Under the pieces are notes generated by a model. It ran no database searches. It was not told where the DNA came from and was given only the letters and a program-made list of their open reading frames with translations. Below are positions 11,159 to 24,584 of a stretch of 64,000 bases of DNA, one piece after another. How positions within the stretch are numbered: the first letter of the stretch is position 1; every line of letters starts with the position of its first letter. Where the stretch lies: positions 1,736,001 to 1,800,000 of the forward strand of contig JBNJNM010000021.1 in assembly GCA_052426225.1 (NCBI GenBank). Direction: 5' to 3'. The position numbers and the translations under genes were made by a program. Origin of the DNA: Zancudomyces culisetae HAW-14-8 (taxonomy: Eukaryota; Fungi; Kickxellomycota).

Positions 11159-13678
11159 ATGATTTCAGGAAAACCATTGTTAAGGCTCGGATGCATAAAT
11201 CCGGGCATAAAAAGCGTCAAGGATAAACTAGGTGTGTCGCACAAGAAAGACAGTCTTATAGCCAACAGTACCTTGTTACCAAAATCTCTTGTGGTAAGCA
11301 GAGGATTCTCCAAGCTTTCAGCGGCTTCGATAATAACAAACAAAGAATTAGAGCAATTAAAAGGAAGGAAAGTTACAGAGACGAAAAAAATAGGTGAGAT
11401 TACAAGCAAATTCAATCAAGTAACGGTTGGGAAAAAGGGAACAGGTGTGTCACAACAAAAAAGGAACTATGCAATTGGAAACCAAGGGTTTAGAATGGCA
11501 GAGCCAAAGGTAGGGGAAAGTTTAGCAAAGTATGGAGTGGATCTGACAAAGCTGGCAAAGGAGGGGAAATTAGACCCAGTGATAGGTCGAGACGAAATAA
11601 TAAGAAGAACAATACAGGTTCTATCAAGACGAACGAAAAACAACCCAGTGATCACAGGAGAGGCTGGTGTGGGTAAAACGGCGATTGCCGAAGGGCTGGC
11701 GCAACGTATAGTCAAGGGAGAAGTTCCGGAGAGTATGAAAAACAAGAGACTGGTTGCATTGGATCTGGCGGCGCTTATAGCTGGTGCCAAATACAAGGGT
11801 GAGTTTGAGGAGAGACTAAAGGCAGTGATAAATGATGTTACATCAAGTACAGACATAATCCTGTTTATTGATGAAATACACATGTTGTTGGGATTGGGAA
11901 AAAGTGAAGGGAGTGTCGATGCTGGAAATATGCTGAAGCCAGCATTGGCAAGAGGACAGCTTCGATGTCTGGGTGCAACTACGCTGGACGAGTATCGCTT
12001 GTATATTGAAAAAGACAAGGCGTTGGAGAGAAGATTCCAGCCTATTTTGGTGAGCGAGCCAACAGTTGAGGATACAATATCAATTCTTCGTGGACTGAAA
12101 GAGAAATACGAGGTATTCCATGGGGTGTCAATAGCTGATGGAGCGCTAATCAGTGCAGCATCACTTAGCCATCGATACATTCAGGACCGGTTTTTACCAG
12201 ACAAGGCAATTGATTTAGTTGATGAGGCGTGTAGTAAGTTGAGAACTCAGCAAGAAAGCAAGCCTGATCCAATAGAAGAGCTAGAACGAGCAATAATGCG
12301 AATTCAAATTGAGCTAGAGTCGCTGAAAAAAGAAAAGGATATCTCATCGATTGAGCGCAAAAAAAAACTGGAGGAGGAGCTAGAACAAAAACAAGTAAAG
12401 TGCAAGGAGCTCACCAAGCAATGGGAGTCTGAAAAGGAAAAGTTGACTGAAATAAACAAGATAAAAAAGCAGATTGACGAAGCACGAGTCAGTTTGGAAA
12501 CGGCTCAGCGCGATGGGAACCTGGCCAAGGCCAGTGAGCTTCAATATGGCGTAATTCCCAATTTGGAAAAGAAACTACCCAATGCCGAAGATGCTGACGC
12601 TAGAGGGAATGGCTCGCAGCTTTTGCACGATCGAGTGACCTCGGAGGATATTGCTGGAGTTGTCAGCAGGGCGACAGGGATTCCTGTGACCAGTATGGTT
12701 ACTAGCGAGCGTCAGAAATTGCTAAACATGGAAAAGGCGTTGTCTAGTCGGGTTGTGGGACAAGAAAATGCAATTTCAGCCATTTCTGAGGCGGTTCGGC
12801 TGAGCCGCGCAGGTTTGCAAAGCTCAAGCAAGCCAATTGCCAGTTTCATGTTCTTGGGGCCGACAGGTGTTGGTAAGACTGAGTTGAGCAAGACAATTGC
12901 CAAGCAGCTGTTTGATTCAGAGAACGCCATTGTTCGAATCGATATGTCTGAGTATATGGAGAAGTTTTCAGTAAGCCGTCTGATTGGAGCGCCTCCAGGA
13001 TATGTGGGTTATGATCAAGGTGGTCAGTTGACTGACGCTGTTCGTAAGCGGCCATACTGCGTATTACTACTTGACGAGATCGAAAAGGCTCACAGTGATG
13101 TTGCCAACATTCTATTGCAGGTTCTTGATGATGGCAGACTAACTGATTCAAAGGGTCGTACAGTAGATTTCCGTAACACCATTTTAATTATGACTTCTAA
13201 CCTGGGTTCTGAGATGCTGTTATCTGATCCGTCCTCTGGTACCACTGTTTCTTCAGAGATGAAAAAATCGATTTTGGAAATCGTCAAACATCATTTTAGT
13301 CCTGAATTTACCAACAGAGTTGACGACCTTGTTATTTTCAACCGTTTATCGAAACAATCGCTGAATAAGATTGTAGATATTAGAATAGCCGAAATCAACA
13401 ATACCCAGTTGTCAAATAGACGCATTGTTCTCAACGTCGACGAATCTTCTAAAGACTGGCTTGTTGAACATGGTTACGATCCTAGCTTTGGCGCCAGACC
13501 GCTAAACAGACTCATTATTAAATCGGTTCTTAATCCCTTAGCCGACTACTTGATCATGGGTCGAATTAGAGATGGTGATACTGTCAGCACTAAAGTCGAA
13601 GGCGACTCTTTGATAGTTGTCCCGAATCATGATCCTTATCCAAATACACCATCTGATCCTATACTCGAATCCGCTTAA
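11159..13678 (+). CDS. HSP78: Mitochondrial ClpB/Hsp78 disaggregase
   Basis: Two AAA+ modules ([16 protein letters not shown]), [11 protein letters not shown] and GARPL. A basic Ser-rich presequence replaces the Clp N-domain. Confidence 0.95.
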   Translation: MISGKPLLRLGCINPGIKSVKDKLGVSHKKDSLIANSTLLPKSLVVSRGFSKLSAASIITNKELEQLKGRKVTETKKIGEITSKFNQVTVGKKGTGVSQQKRNYAIGNQGFRMAEPKVGESLAKYGVDLTKLAKEGKLDPVIGRDEIIRRTIQVLSRRTKNNPVITGEAGVGKTAIAEGLAQRIVKGEVPESMKNKRLVALDLAALIAGAKYKGEFEERLKAVINDVTSSTDIILFIDEIHMLLGLGKSEGSVDAGNMLKPALARGQLRCLGATTLDEYRLYIEKDKALERRFQPILVSEPTVEDTISILRGLKEKYEVFHGVSIADGALISAASLSHRYIQDRFLPDKAIDLVDEACSKLRTQQESKPDPIEELERAIMRIQIELESLKKEKDISSIERKKKLEEELEQKQVKCKELTKQWESEKEKLTEINKIKKQIDEARVSLETAQRDGNLAKASELQYGVIPNLEKKLPNAEDADARGNGSQLLHDRVTSEDIAGVVSRATGIPVTSMVTSERQKLLNMEKALSSRVVGQENAISAISEAVRLSRAGLQSSSKPIASFMFLGPTGVGKTELSKTIAKQLFDSENAIVRIDMSEYMEKFSVSRLIGAPPGYVGYDQGGQLTDAVRKRPYCVLLLDEIEKAHSDVANILLQVLDDGRLTDSKGRTVDFRNTILIMTSNLGSEMLLSDPSSGTTVSSEMKKSILEIVKHHFSPEFTNRVDDLVIFNRLSKQSLNKIVDIRIAEINNTQLSNRRIVLNVDESSKDWLVEHGYDPSFGARPLNRLIIKSVLNPLADYLIMGRIRDGDTVSTKVEGDSLIVVPNHDPYPNTPSDPILESA

Positions 13679-13765
13679 TAGATAAAATTGGTCACACTCG
13701 CACTCACTCATTCACTCTGTGTGTATCTACTTTTTTTTCCTTTTTTTTTTGGTTGGTTCGACTAG

Positions 13766-13840
13766 AAACCAAATCAAACCAACTCAACTCAACTCAACTC
13801 AACTCAACTCAACTCAACTCATGCCAAACCAAACCAAACC
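13766..13840. repeat. Pentanucleotide repeats (AACTC)x8 and (AAACC)n
   Basis: Direct reading. Confidence 0.95.
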
Positions 13841-14938
13841 AGACTAATTCAGTCCAGTCACTTCAGTTCTCCGGTTCTGATCTTCTCGGGTTATCTATTT
13901 TTCCCTCTTTGTATTTTACTTTTATATACAGGATCGTTTGATACCAAATAAACTCATTTTTTTTTACAGTTTACAATTGGTGACTACTGAAGTTTAGCAT
14001 TATGCTGGATTAAGTGTTTGGTTTGCTGGTACTCATTTTACATTACCAATTTTTATTATATATTTGAATCGCGTGGTTTTTTTTTATACCTTTTTAACTG
14101 CCATGTCTAGCCATGCAAATACTACAGAACTAAAAAATATATTAAATAATTAAAAACGAGCCAATATCTTGGAATTGATTATAAATAAAGACATTAGATC
14201 TTTTAATCATCTACGCCATACTTGTACCTCAGACAAAATCTGTATATTCAGTTGTGTCTACTTGCTAATCGCTTTTGCTCACTCTACTACCTGAATTTTT
14301 TTTATTCCTATTCAATAGGGAACTTGTATTCATAAGGCATTCTGAGGTAGTGCTCATAATAGTCCTGCAACAAAAGTAAAGGAATGCCATGTTACCTGCA
14401 TGATTGCAAAACAACAGACAGAAATATGATAGTTTGCATAAAAGCAGCAGAAAATAAAACAGCTTTGTCTTGTATTACAAGTACTCGCAATGCCGAATCT
14501 GTTTCGACTTGATTTGATTGATTTTCTGGTTTAAGCCAATTATCTTTTACAGTCTTATATTTTTATGGCAATGAATTTTTTCAGCTGTTTTTTATTTTTA
14601 TTGTTGTTGTTTTATCTATCTTCAGAAAGAGTAACCATCATGAATCTTTCTCACCCCACAAAACTACAGGCTCATATAAAAAACACCTGTTTTTTGTATC
14701 ATTTTTCAGCTTGGATTTTCATTAGCTTAATTCAATTACCAATTTTAGGTGTTTAGTAAACTGAATTGGTATATTTTTCAGTGTTTGAACAAAATCTGAT
14801 AATATAAATACTGAGTTTTATCCTGCTTTTCTTCAAGATAAAAAAAAAATTCAAGTACAGTACATAAACTAGTTTTTTTTTTTGAAGTAAAACTTTGAAA
14901 CTCTCCCCCCAAAAAAAAGGATCAAATATACAAGCAAA

Positions 14939-15845
14939 ATGACTCGCACATTCTTGGTCGGTGGAAACTGGAAGATGAACGGTTCGGTAAAATCTATCGA
15001 ATCGCTCACTGGTGCTCTCAACGCCAGCGACATTGTCGAAGGAACAGGTAAAATAAAAACCTTAGCATTTAATTACAACCTAAATAAACAATTGAAAGAA
15101 AAAGAAAAAGAAAAATTAAATGGAGGAAAGGAAAATGTAGAGCTACTTTTACTTTTGTTGTCTAACGATAATAAACGCATTAATAATATTTATAAAAATA
15201 GAGGTTGTTATTGGTGCACCAGCCGTCTACATCCCACTTTTGGCTGAAAAGCTACGAAAGGACTGGGGAGTTGCCGGAGAAAACTGCCACGATGAGGATA
15301 GCGGTGCATACACTGGTGAAATCAGCGCTGAAATGTTAAAAGACGTTGGAGCCAAGTGGGTAATTTTGGGCCACTCTGAACGCCGCAATATCTTTGGAGA
15401 GAGCGATGAATTCGTTGCCAAAAAGACAAAGAAGGCTCTATCAGTAGGCCTCAAGGTTATTCTGTGCTGTGGTGAGCTTTTGGAAGAGCGCGAAGCCGGT
15501 GCAACTCAACAAGTAGTTGAAAGACAACTCAAGGCAGTCATCGATATCCTCCCCAACGAAAAGGACTGGGAGAACATTGTAATTGCTTACGAGCCAGTGT
15601 GGGCCATCGGAACCGGTAAAGTTGCCACTCCTGAGCAAGCCCAAGAGGTTCACAAGGATATCAGAGCATTCTTGTCCAGACTCATTTCTGCCGGCGCTGC
15701 TGAGAACACCAGAATCATCTATGGTGGTTCAGTAAACGAGAAGAACTGTGCCGAGATTGGTCGCAAGCCTGATGTTGACGGTTTCCTTGTTGGCGGTGCC
15801 TCGCTTAAGCCTTCATTTGCTGATATCTGCAATGCCATGAAATAA
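14939..15845 (+). CDS. TPI1: Triosephosphate isomerase, one intron (15048-15201)
   Basis: [24 protein letters not shown] and GFLVGGAS motifs. Confidence 0.97.
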
Positions 15846-16167
15846 TCTTTTTTTCTTTCTGTTTTCTTTTCTATTTTGGGTGCATCTGTGTATGTGTGTA
15901 TGTTTTTTTTTAAGCAATAAAGAATCATGTGCAATTTCATCTTTTCTTGCAACTCAATCGAAGTTTATTGACCTTAAAAACTATATATTAATCTTATTCC
16001 TATAATCCTACTGCGTTTATTTTTGGGCGGGGTGGGGGTGGGTATAACCTGTGTAAAAAAAAATAAAAAATAAAAATATACATATAAATAAGTTTAATTT
16101 GATTAGATATTATTTCAACCAAATATTTTTTTTTAAATAGAAATGGAGAATCTAGAAAACTAAATAC

Positions 16168-17212
16168 ATGATACACATTCCAATGAGCTCACAGAGTATA
16201 TATTCCGGGTTTAATTCGAATTCCTTAGAGGATCAGAAAGCGTGTTATGTCAAGACAATAGAGTTTTACAACAAGTACAAATGGCTTGGAAAAAATCACA
16301 TTACAAATTTCTTTGCTGAGGAGCAGTTTGCGACCTTACCACAGGATTGGCAAGCCGAGTTGCTTTTGTATTCTGATCAGGATCTTTTAAATGTAGCCAC
16401 AAAAAGCGTACTATTACAGGTTGCCAAGGAAGAACAACAGATCGACAGCTTGGGCGGTGGGACCAAAAATGGAGATGCTGGGGGATTAGTTGATTTCCTT
16501 TCAGGTTGTGAAAAGTATAGCTTTGACAGGAAATTCATGCCAAATCCACCGTTGAAGAACTTTAGAGAAGACAAAGATGAACATAGCGATACCAATAAAA
16601 GTGATACGAGGCGTAGTAATAGCGACAAGTTTAGCGGAAAGCAAGCAAAAAGTCTAGATATCGGGAAAAATCACAAAAAACTGCACGAGGTCCAGCATGT
16701 CTCACAGTTGATTGATAGAGTATGTGGTGTCAAAAACATAATTGATATTGGTTCTGGAAAAGGATATCTTAGTAGAGAGCTGGCCTACAAGTACAATAAG
16801 AATGTGCTGGCGTTGGATAATAAAAACGAGAATGGAGCAAAAAAACTGGATAAAAAGACTTCTAACTCTATAAAGACTGGTTCTATTACCTATAAGAGCG
16901 GGTTTTTTAAGTGTATGGATAACATTGGTGATAGTGATGGTAGTGGTAATGGTAATGGTACGCATGAGTACATGGGTTATTTTAATGGACAGGATTATGC
17001 AATTGTGGGTTTGCATTGCTGCGGTGATCTGAGTGTGGATATTATAAAAACGTTTTTGATGGAAAAAAGGTGCAAGAGTATGGTGTTGGTGGGATGTTGT
17101 TACAACCTGATTGCAAATAGGACAGAAAATCTAGGGCTTTCTTCGATGCTTAAGCCAAATAGCAACAACTACCCCGAACTATACCCTTACCCTTACCCTT
17201 ACCCTTACTCTT

Positions 17213-17277
<65 letters not shown>

Positions 17278-17907
17278 TACCCCCATGCAGCCCAAACCGA
17301 AGACCAAGTGTTCATGATGAACGAAAACGAACTGAATCTGGCTAATCAAACAGTCGCATCTTGGAACCACAATACCTTGTCTATTGGTGTCACCAAGCTC
17401 TATTACCGTTCAAAGTTGCAGCAGTTGGTTGTGCGACATGGGATAACTCTTTCTAGTAAAAAAATGGGCAAAATTCCCGATCCGACAAGCCTGAGTTTTT
17501 ACGAATACTGTGTAAAATCGCTTTGTACAAATACTAGAACAAAAACCGAAATATGTGGTCGTGACAATACCCAAGAGAGCGGTAGGGATACTGTTGATCC
17601 ATCACTACAGCTACTTTTGGAGGATGCAAAGGCGATTTCGTCTAATGAGGCTGAGCGTGACCTAGAAAGAAAGAAGCTTGCTATCATGTGGCTATTGAAA
17701 TGCGTGTTTGCAAAAATTCTGGAGACTGTTATCGTTTTGGACAGATATTTTTATTTAGCCGAGAACATATCAACTCACGCATCGTCAGGGTTGAATTATG
17801 GTGATGATGGTGGTGGTGGTGACAGGTCAAGATGCTTAAACGTTTGTATTGTTCCAGTATTCGACCAATTAATATCTCCAAGAAACTTGGCTCTGGTAGT
17901 CTATTAA
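16168..17907 (+). CDS. METTL25/Methyltransf_32-like SAM-dependent methyltransferase
   Basis: KKLHEV, IIDIGSGKGYLS, VGLHCCGDL, VGCCYN and C-terminal SPRN motifs. Confidence 0.85.
17182..17283 (+). repeat. Coding hexamer microsatellite encoding (YP)4(YS)2(HS)10
   Basis: TACCCT, TACTCT and CACTCT units in frame. Confidence 0.95.
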
Positions 17908-18391
17908 TCTCCTCATCTTCTCTTCTCTTCCCTCACTGTTTATATTTTTTTTCTAGCAAAAAGGTAGGAGGAACCCAAGCCGCCTTTAGAGCCTTACCAA
18001 AAAGTTCATGTTGTTAAGAAAACTGATTTTGTAAATAACCAACTACTTATGACCAACACATGTTCAAGCCAAGTGAGAGCTCTTTGTTTTACTTGTGTAT
18101 TGTGGCCTAAAGCTTGACTGTTTAAACTGTTGTAGCAATCAAGGTGGAAAGGTAGAAACGATAATGCAATTGATTTGTGTGTGCGTGTGCGTGCGTGTGT
18201 GTGTGTATTGGACAAACTTAATTTATCCTCTTCAACCATAGTGTACTTTCGCGTTTTAGCGTAAGCAAGTATTTCACTTGATGAATATCTTGTGATAAAT
18301 ACTAAAATAAATACACATTGGTTACAAGCTAAAAAAAAAGCAGAATAAAGAAGAAAAAGAATAATAATAATAATAATAATAATAATTGATA

Positions 18392-20257
18392 CTATATCAC
18401 TGGGACCAGTTGTCTTCTCAACCGTTTCTCTGAGGAAAACTCAATGATCATATTAAGAGCAGCGGTCGACATTATGTTAAGAGCAGAAAAATTGACGTTT
18501 ACAAGATTGTCACAGGCCTGATGGTAGCAAGGGTCTAACTGTGCATTTGCCATGCCGCCAAAAGTCTTGGCTTCTTCAGCAGTCTTTATTTCGGAGGCAC
18601 CGGTTAGACAGCCACCAGAGGGAATTCCATTGGCGGTAAAAGGCAGGAAATCGGAGCCAGCGATCATGGGGGTGAGCTTATAAGGCTGATGAGTAGTTTG
18701 GAAAAAGTGTTCAAAGCGTGACTGGATATACTCGGAGCCTAGACGGGCAGCGCCTGGGGCATCGGATCCGTTATGGATCATGGGAATGTAGTTTGGAGAG
18801 CCCAACATGTCAAAATTGAGGTTCATTGCAATATGGGACCAGGTGGTGTTTAGAGTCGAAAGCTTTGGGTTGTTTGTTTGGTCTTCAAGCAATGTCCTGA
18901 CAAAATGCCGTGATCCTAGTAATCCATCTTCTTCAGAGCCCCACCAGGCAAAGACGAGGCGGTTTTTTGGAATATATCGGCTTCGAGATAGTGTCAGGAA
19001 AATTTCTAGAATCGAAGCAGCACCCGAACCGTTGTCGTTGATACCAGGTCCAGCAGCCACCGAATCCAGATGTGCTCCAACGACAATAGTACTGTTTCGG
19101 GCACCCAGCTTGCCTTCACAGATGATGTTGCTGGTGGTGTGGATGTCAATTTTGGCGTTTGTTTCGAGGTCAAGTCGTGCGTTTTTAGCTGCCATAATTG
19201 TTTGGAAGGTTGAGTGTGTTATCGAAAGCACTGGAATAGACATTAATGGATCCCCTTCTTTCCACTCCACTATCCTTACCCGTGCCCACGACGGTTTTTT
19301 TGCGCCTTTTGGTGTCGATACCAAAACCGCAGCCGCGCCTGCCTGCTCTAATGCGTATGCTGTCTGGAACAAATCACAACCTTCTGTCGTTTCGATTATT
19401 GCTATTTTCGATCCCACATCAGCATCGTCTTTCTCGACTCCACATCCTCCCTTAGGGATATACAATATCTCTTTGTTTTCAAGAGTTGCATTCTCACCAC
19501 CATATCTCAAATCTATAAGGATTAGATTGTAAAGTTATTCATCCCCCCCAAAAAGAGTGTTAGTTTTGTGGTATTCTTATATACTAGCTAAATATTCTTA
19601 CATCCAAAATCCGCGGAAAATGTAAACTCCACTTTTTTACTTTCATTATCATCATACGTGTTCAATTCTAGTTTAGCATCCCCCAGCTGTGTCCAAACTG
19701 GCACCTTGAACTCCTGCGTTGTAACATCACAACTCCCTGCCTCTTTCAGTCTTGCAATAACATAACTGGCTGTTTCGTTATATCCATTTGCTGTTGACCG
19801 AGAATTGTTATCGTTTATGGCTATAGAATTAAACTGCACGAGATGTTTTCTGATACCTTCTATATCTATAATTGCATACATATTTGTAGCATATCCATGG
19901 TTAAAGAGTGTTACTTTACAAAATAATGATAATAATAATAATAATAATCTCTAATATTTTTATTCAGTGAGAGAGAAGGAAGGGGAAAGGGACATAGCAT
20001 ATACATACTTAGATTGATGGTATCTCCTGTCGTAACGCTAAGATATGAAAAGTATAGTATTGCCAACACTAAAAGTACTACAAATGTTATTCGCGACCTA
20101 GCAAACCAAATCCCTTGTGTTTCTATTTTTATTTACATTTATATTTGTATCACTTTATTTTTCGATAGTATACAGAATATGTTTGCAAGGTACCTTGTTC
20201 TTCTAGAGCTTGGCTGTTTGCTCTAGGCAATAGCCTCTCAATTTCTCCTCGAGTCAT
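18392..20257 (-). CDS. M28 aminopeptidase with PA domain (aminopeptidase Y-like), multi-exon, N-terminal membrane anchor
   Basis: GAHLDSV, GINDNGSG, WGSEEDG, NFDM and CYHQACD metal ligands intact. 5' exons give MTRGEIERLLP...ITFVVLLVLAILYFSYLSV. Confidence 0.88.
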
Positions 20258-22441
20258 TATTATCCAATATATTATACCCTCGTCTATTTATTTCCGGTGT
20301 TTCTTTCTTTATACGTTTACAAAAATTATTATACAACTAGTCTGCGTATTTAATAGCAAATTAGGTCTATTATACAATCCTTAAACTTTAGAGATACTAA
20401 TTGCTTTATTACTTAATTAATTAGTGATAATAATCTTAATGACCAAGATAGTGTATGTATCTATCCAAATTAAAAATCAAGCCAACAATTTATAATCTAT
20501 TATCTTTTTTCTTTTTTTTTTTCTTTCTTTTGTATTACTTTAAATGTTTTATAACTGTCTTGAATTCGTTTCATACACGTCTTGTGCCATAAATTGGATT
20601 ATGATATGATTCGTGGTGTTGTGTTGTGTTGTGTTTTAAATTCTGCGAAATCCAAGATGACTATTTGTGTTTCACACCTTCAAAACCTGTCTGGATTTAT
20701 CCAAGTATAACACATATCGTACCAAATCCGGGATACTTTCCAATCATGTGCTCTTATTTTTTCAACATTTTTCTAGCTATGTTCTCACATGGCTTAAGGT
20801 TATACTGTATTATATCTTTTGGCACAGTTTACTATCCCAAATATCAGGTGAACTCACAACTCATCCTTTCTCTATTTAAATAGCCCTTTTTTTTTTCCTT
20901 CCTTGTCTAGTTTTTTTTTTTCAAAGGAAATGTTCTCAATTCTATAGACTTGTACAATAGCGAAAAAAAAGGAAAAAGTTAGATAATCAACATTATATAC
21001 TATGTACTTTGACATGTCGGCGATTGTGGTGCATGACGTATCAACCCGCCACATTTTCCCATATATTTTCTTACTTTCACTTCTACTTCCACCTCCTCAC
21101 TCACCTCTCCATTTTTTGTAGTAGTACTGGGTAAGCTAGTGAACTTTTGTCGGGAATTTGCTCTCCCCCCTCTCCCCCCGCCCCTGTATTCCTTTTTTTT
21201 ATACTACATACTGGGTAAGTGTGATATTCTTTATCCATAACTGTGGACCAGCAGCATGATGATTTAAATTTTATTTCTTCATATAACATGCTCATTATTC
21301 CGCTTTTTTTTTCTTGGTCAACAAAGTTTATATGTGGTTATTTGATTATTCACATGAACTCATTTCCATTGACAATTCGAGATGAAAGTAATCAAAATAT
21401 TCCTGAAAACACTCATAAAATAATGTCCAGTTTAAAATTCTGCATTAAAAGGTATCTGGCATAAATGGATGCTCTTGAAAAGAAATATAATACAAATCAC
21501 AACACCTCTCTCCTCCCTCCTCTCTCCTCCCTCCTCCTTTCTCTTGTTTTTTATTTTTTTAAAATGTTTGTAATATATTTTCCCCTTGAATCATTTGATT
21601 TTTGCCTGCCAAAGATTTTACATTCTTTTTCAATCCAAAATGTGAAATAATAAAACAAACAAAAAACAAAAAAAAACAAAGGAGAAACGGTCGGGTGTAC
21701 TAAAAACAAGAGTATCTCTACGTATATGTGTGTATAAATGATCATTTAGCATGAGCAAAACAATAAAACAACTTCTTTTTGGAGATTTTGTGTTGGTTAC
21801 TGATATTTAGAGATGGGTACCCGGATCCAACTTGCCTTAACTCGTAATTCAACAGTTCAAACCGGGTAATGGGAAACATGCCAGTATTTTTGTTTGTAAC
21901 TTTTTTTCGAGATTGTGTAACTATAAAGGGTCAGGGGAACTCAACTTGTGTAATGACGTATTCTTGGTGTAAATATGGGTTATGGTAGTTTTCAGCATAT
22001 CTGTCTCCCTCTTCTTTGACCTCCCCCCCATTTTTTTTACTTGTTCTTTTTTAATACATTATTGTAGAAATAGACAGGTGTACTAGTGGTATAGGTTCTG
22101 GTTCATAAATAATAATAAAATTAAACTTTGAGTATTTGAGCTCTTGGGTTTCCTTGCATCTTCCAGTTTTCAGACTTGCATATGTTATACAAACACATTA
22201 ATCATACCAGAAATAAGTGTCAAATGAGTTGGTAATATTGGCAAATATTTGACAGGTAAATACCTGTCACTTTCTGTGACAGCAAAAATAACAAAAGACA
22301 GTAACCAAATCAAAGAAACAATGAATGTTAGCTAAACATTTTAGATCTAGAGGTAAAATTCAGAATAAAAGCCATATCTGCTACCATCTAGCCTCGAAGA
22401 CGGTATGGTGTAAGAAACGTTAATTAAAAATTTTCATCTAG

Positions 22442-23162
22442 TAAAAGACAAGATAATAATCGCATTAAGAGCAATGAATGATATGAACGGTTTTGTTTGG
22501 AATGACTGCCCGTATATCACATTTTGGAACCACAACAAGAAGGAGTCGCAAAAGCTAAAGGTGGGAATAGAAACCAAGGTGCTTTTAGATGGTATAGTTG
22601 TGAAAAAATCCAGGTTTGATCCCGTATTTTTCCAAGACGATAAAATCAACATCACGGTTAAACTGTAAGAATTAGATGCTTTGTAAATAATTTAGTATGC
22701 CATATTTATTTTTATATAGTATACTAACCGTAAAGTAAAAAAAACTAAAGAGATAGATGGGGAAAAGGAAGAGAATATTTGCCACTTCAGGATATGGTTG
22801 GACACTTCACAAAAAAATGCAAGAATTATGGCACAACCAGAATATTTGATCACACATTCTATGGTGAAATAAACTGCCAGCTAGCTGGTGGAGCAGATCA
22901 GATTCATATTGGCAGCAAACCTGGCATTTTTACAACCCAGAAAAACGACAAAGTAGTAGCAACCGCGCCGTCATTTGACGGAGTTTGTTCGGTAAAGGCG
23001 GTGGTGATCAATATAAAAGTGTATCAAAGTAATATCAAGCTCAAGGCAAATTTTACCAAAACGAAATCGAGTTTTGCAAGCGGAGTTGTGGAATACATTG
23101 TGGATCGTATATTTCCAGCAAAACTTCCGCTGATATTTTTATCCAAGAACCCAAAAGTGTAA
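22442..23162 (+). CDS. Hypothetical protein, at least two exons, start uncertain
   Basis: ORFs 22474-22668 and 22779-23162 join in frame via a GTAAGA..ACTAAC..AAG intron (...INITVKL DRWGKGREYLPLQD...). Confidence 0.55.
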
Positions 23163-24584
23163 GTATTATGTATTATGTTGTGATCTTGTAATTTCTCCCA
23201 AGTGTGTATATTTGTAGAAGAAAATAGATATCACCACCCTTTAAATGATATTTAAATCAAACCAGTGTCACTTTACGTTAACAAATGGCAAATTATATAT
23301 AAATACTAATAGCAAGTTGGCGTATATTTCAGCAACCAGAGTATTTTATAACCTTGCAAAAGGTATTTTGGATACTGATACTGATACTGATACTGACCAG
23401 GATTAAAGCGTGTTTGATACAAACATGCTCTACATACAAACTGTGTGAATGTAATAAATCAACTGGCTTTGTGTTTTCACTTTCTATTCTTTATCACTTA
23501 CCAAATGAAAGGTCCTCTGTTGAGTGACTTTTGCAAATATTCTCGCTATGGGCATTTTAATCACATAGATAAAAGTATTGAGTTGCGAGAATTCGTAGAT
23601 AGATGTTTTAGGATGTACTTTTCGTGCGGGTTATAAAGACCAATGGCTCGAAATAAATATTAACATGTAGGGCTAATAAAAAGAGTGATAAAATGCAAAG
23701 TAATACGAGCAGAGTGGAGGGGTGAGATTGGTTGTATGTTCTAGGTTCATTATATTAATTAAAGCGCAAATTTAATAAACTAAAAATGCGGACAAAGCGA
23801 GCCAGAGCAGGATACAGGATAGGGGAGATATTGCAAGACCCGGAGTTTCTTCTACGTCATGTATATTTCTAGTGTTTTTTTCTTTATACCTAGTAGCATC
23901 GTTAGTATGACATATGTTCTGCGCATCAATTATTCCTAGAGTAGCTGGTTTGCCAGGAGTGTTAAAAGTATGCCTTTTTATAGGACAAAAAATTTTTTCT
24001 TGATGTTTAATTTTTTTTCATTCGCTTTTTTGGGGCAGGTTTTTGACTTGAAATTAGCTGAAGAATGCTCTAAAAAAAAGCTCAATCCAAATCGTTTTGA
24101 GTTTTAGAATCGAAAAACAAGTGTAATAAGAATTGAAGAAATATTCAACTCATTCGAATTCAAATCGGAACCCATATTTTGAATTTTTGAATGCGATAGC
24201 ACGATCGAAAGCTACGAGACGCGTAGAAAAGTAAGAGGTTATACTTTTTTTTTTGGCTACAACACACCTAGCATCTTGTTGATACAGATGCAATAGTGAG
24301 CAAAATTGTAAAGAGTAATTTTAAAAAAATCACTACAAAATAAAGAAAAGAATAAAAAGAAAAAACAACACCGTAAAAATATAGGTATAAAGAGATTGTA
24401 CAAAATAAAATAAAAAGCAAAGAAATAAAAAATTGCAAAAAGATAAAGAAAAGGTTAATAAAACAAGAAATACATCCACTACATATAAAATCCTGCCGAG
24501 TCCTGTAGATTCTGTTGGTAATTTTGTTAGAAAAAAAGAAATTAATTCAGACTAATCTAATCTCTTAGTGTAACAGAACAAAAC

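Noticed and set aside
11467-12180. Long antisense ORFs (also 18807-19532, 26731-27171, 59510-59959)
   Set aside because: These are mirror frames of conserved genes.
15843-15920. Cryptic peroxisomal isoform of TPI by readthrough
   Set aside because: The stop is TAA and the extension does not end in an SKL-like tripeptide.
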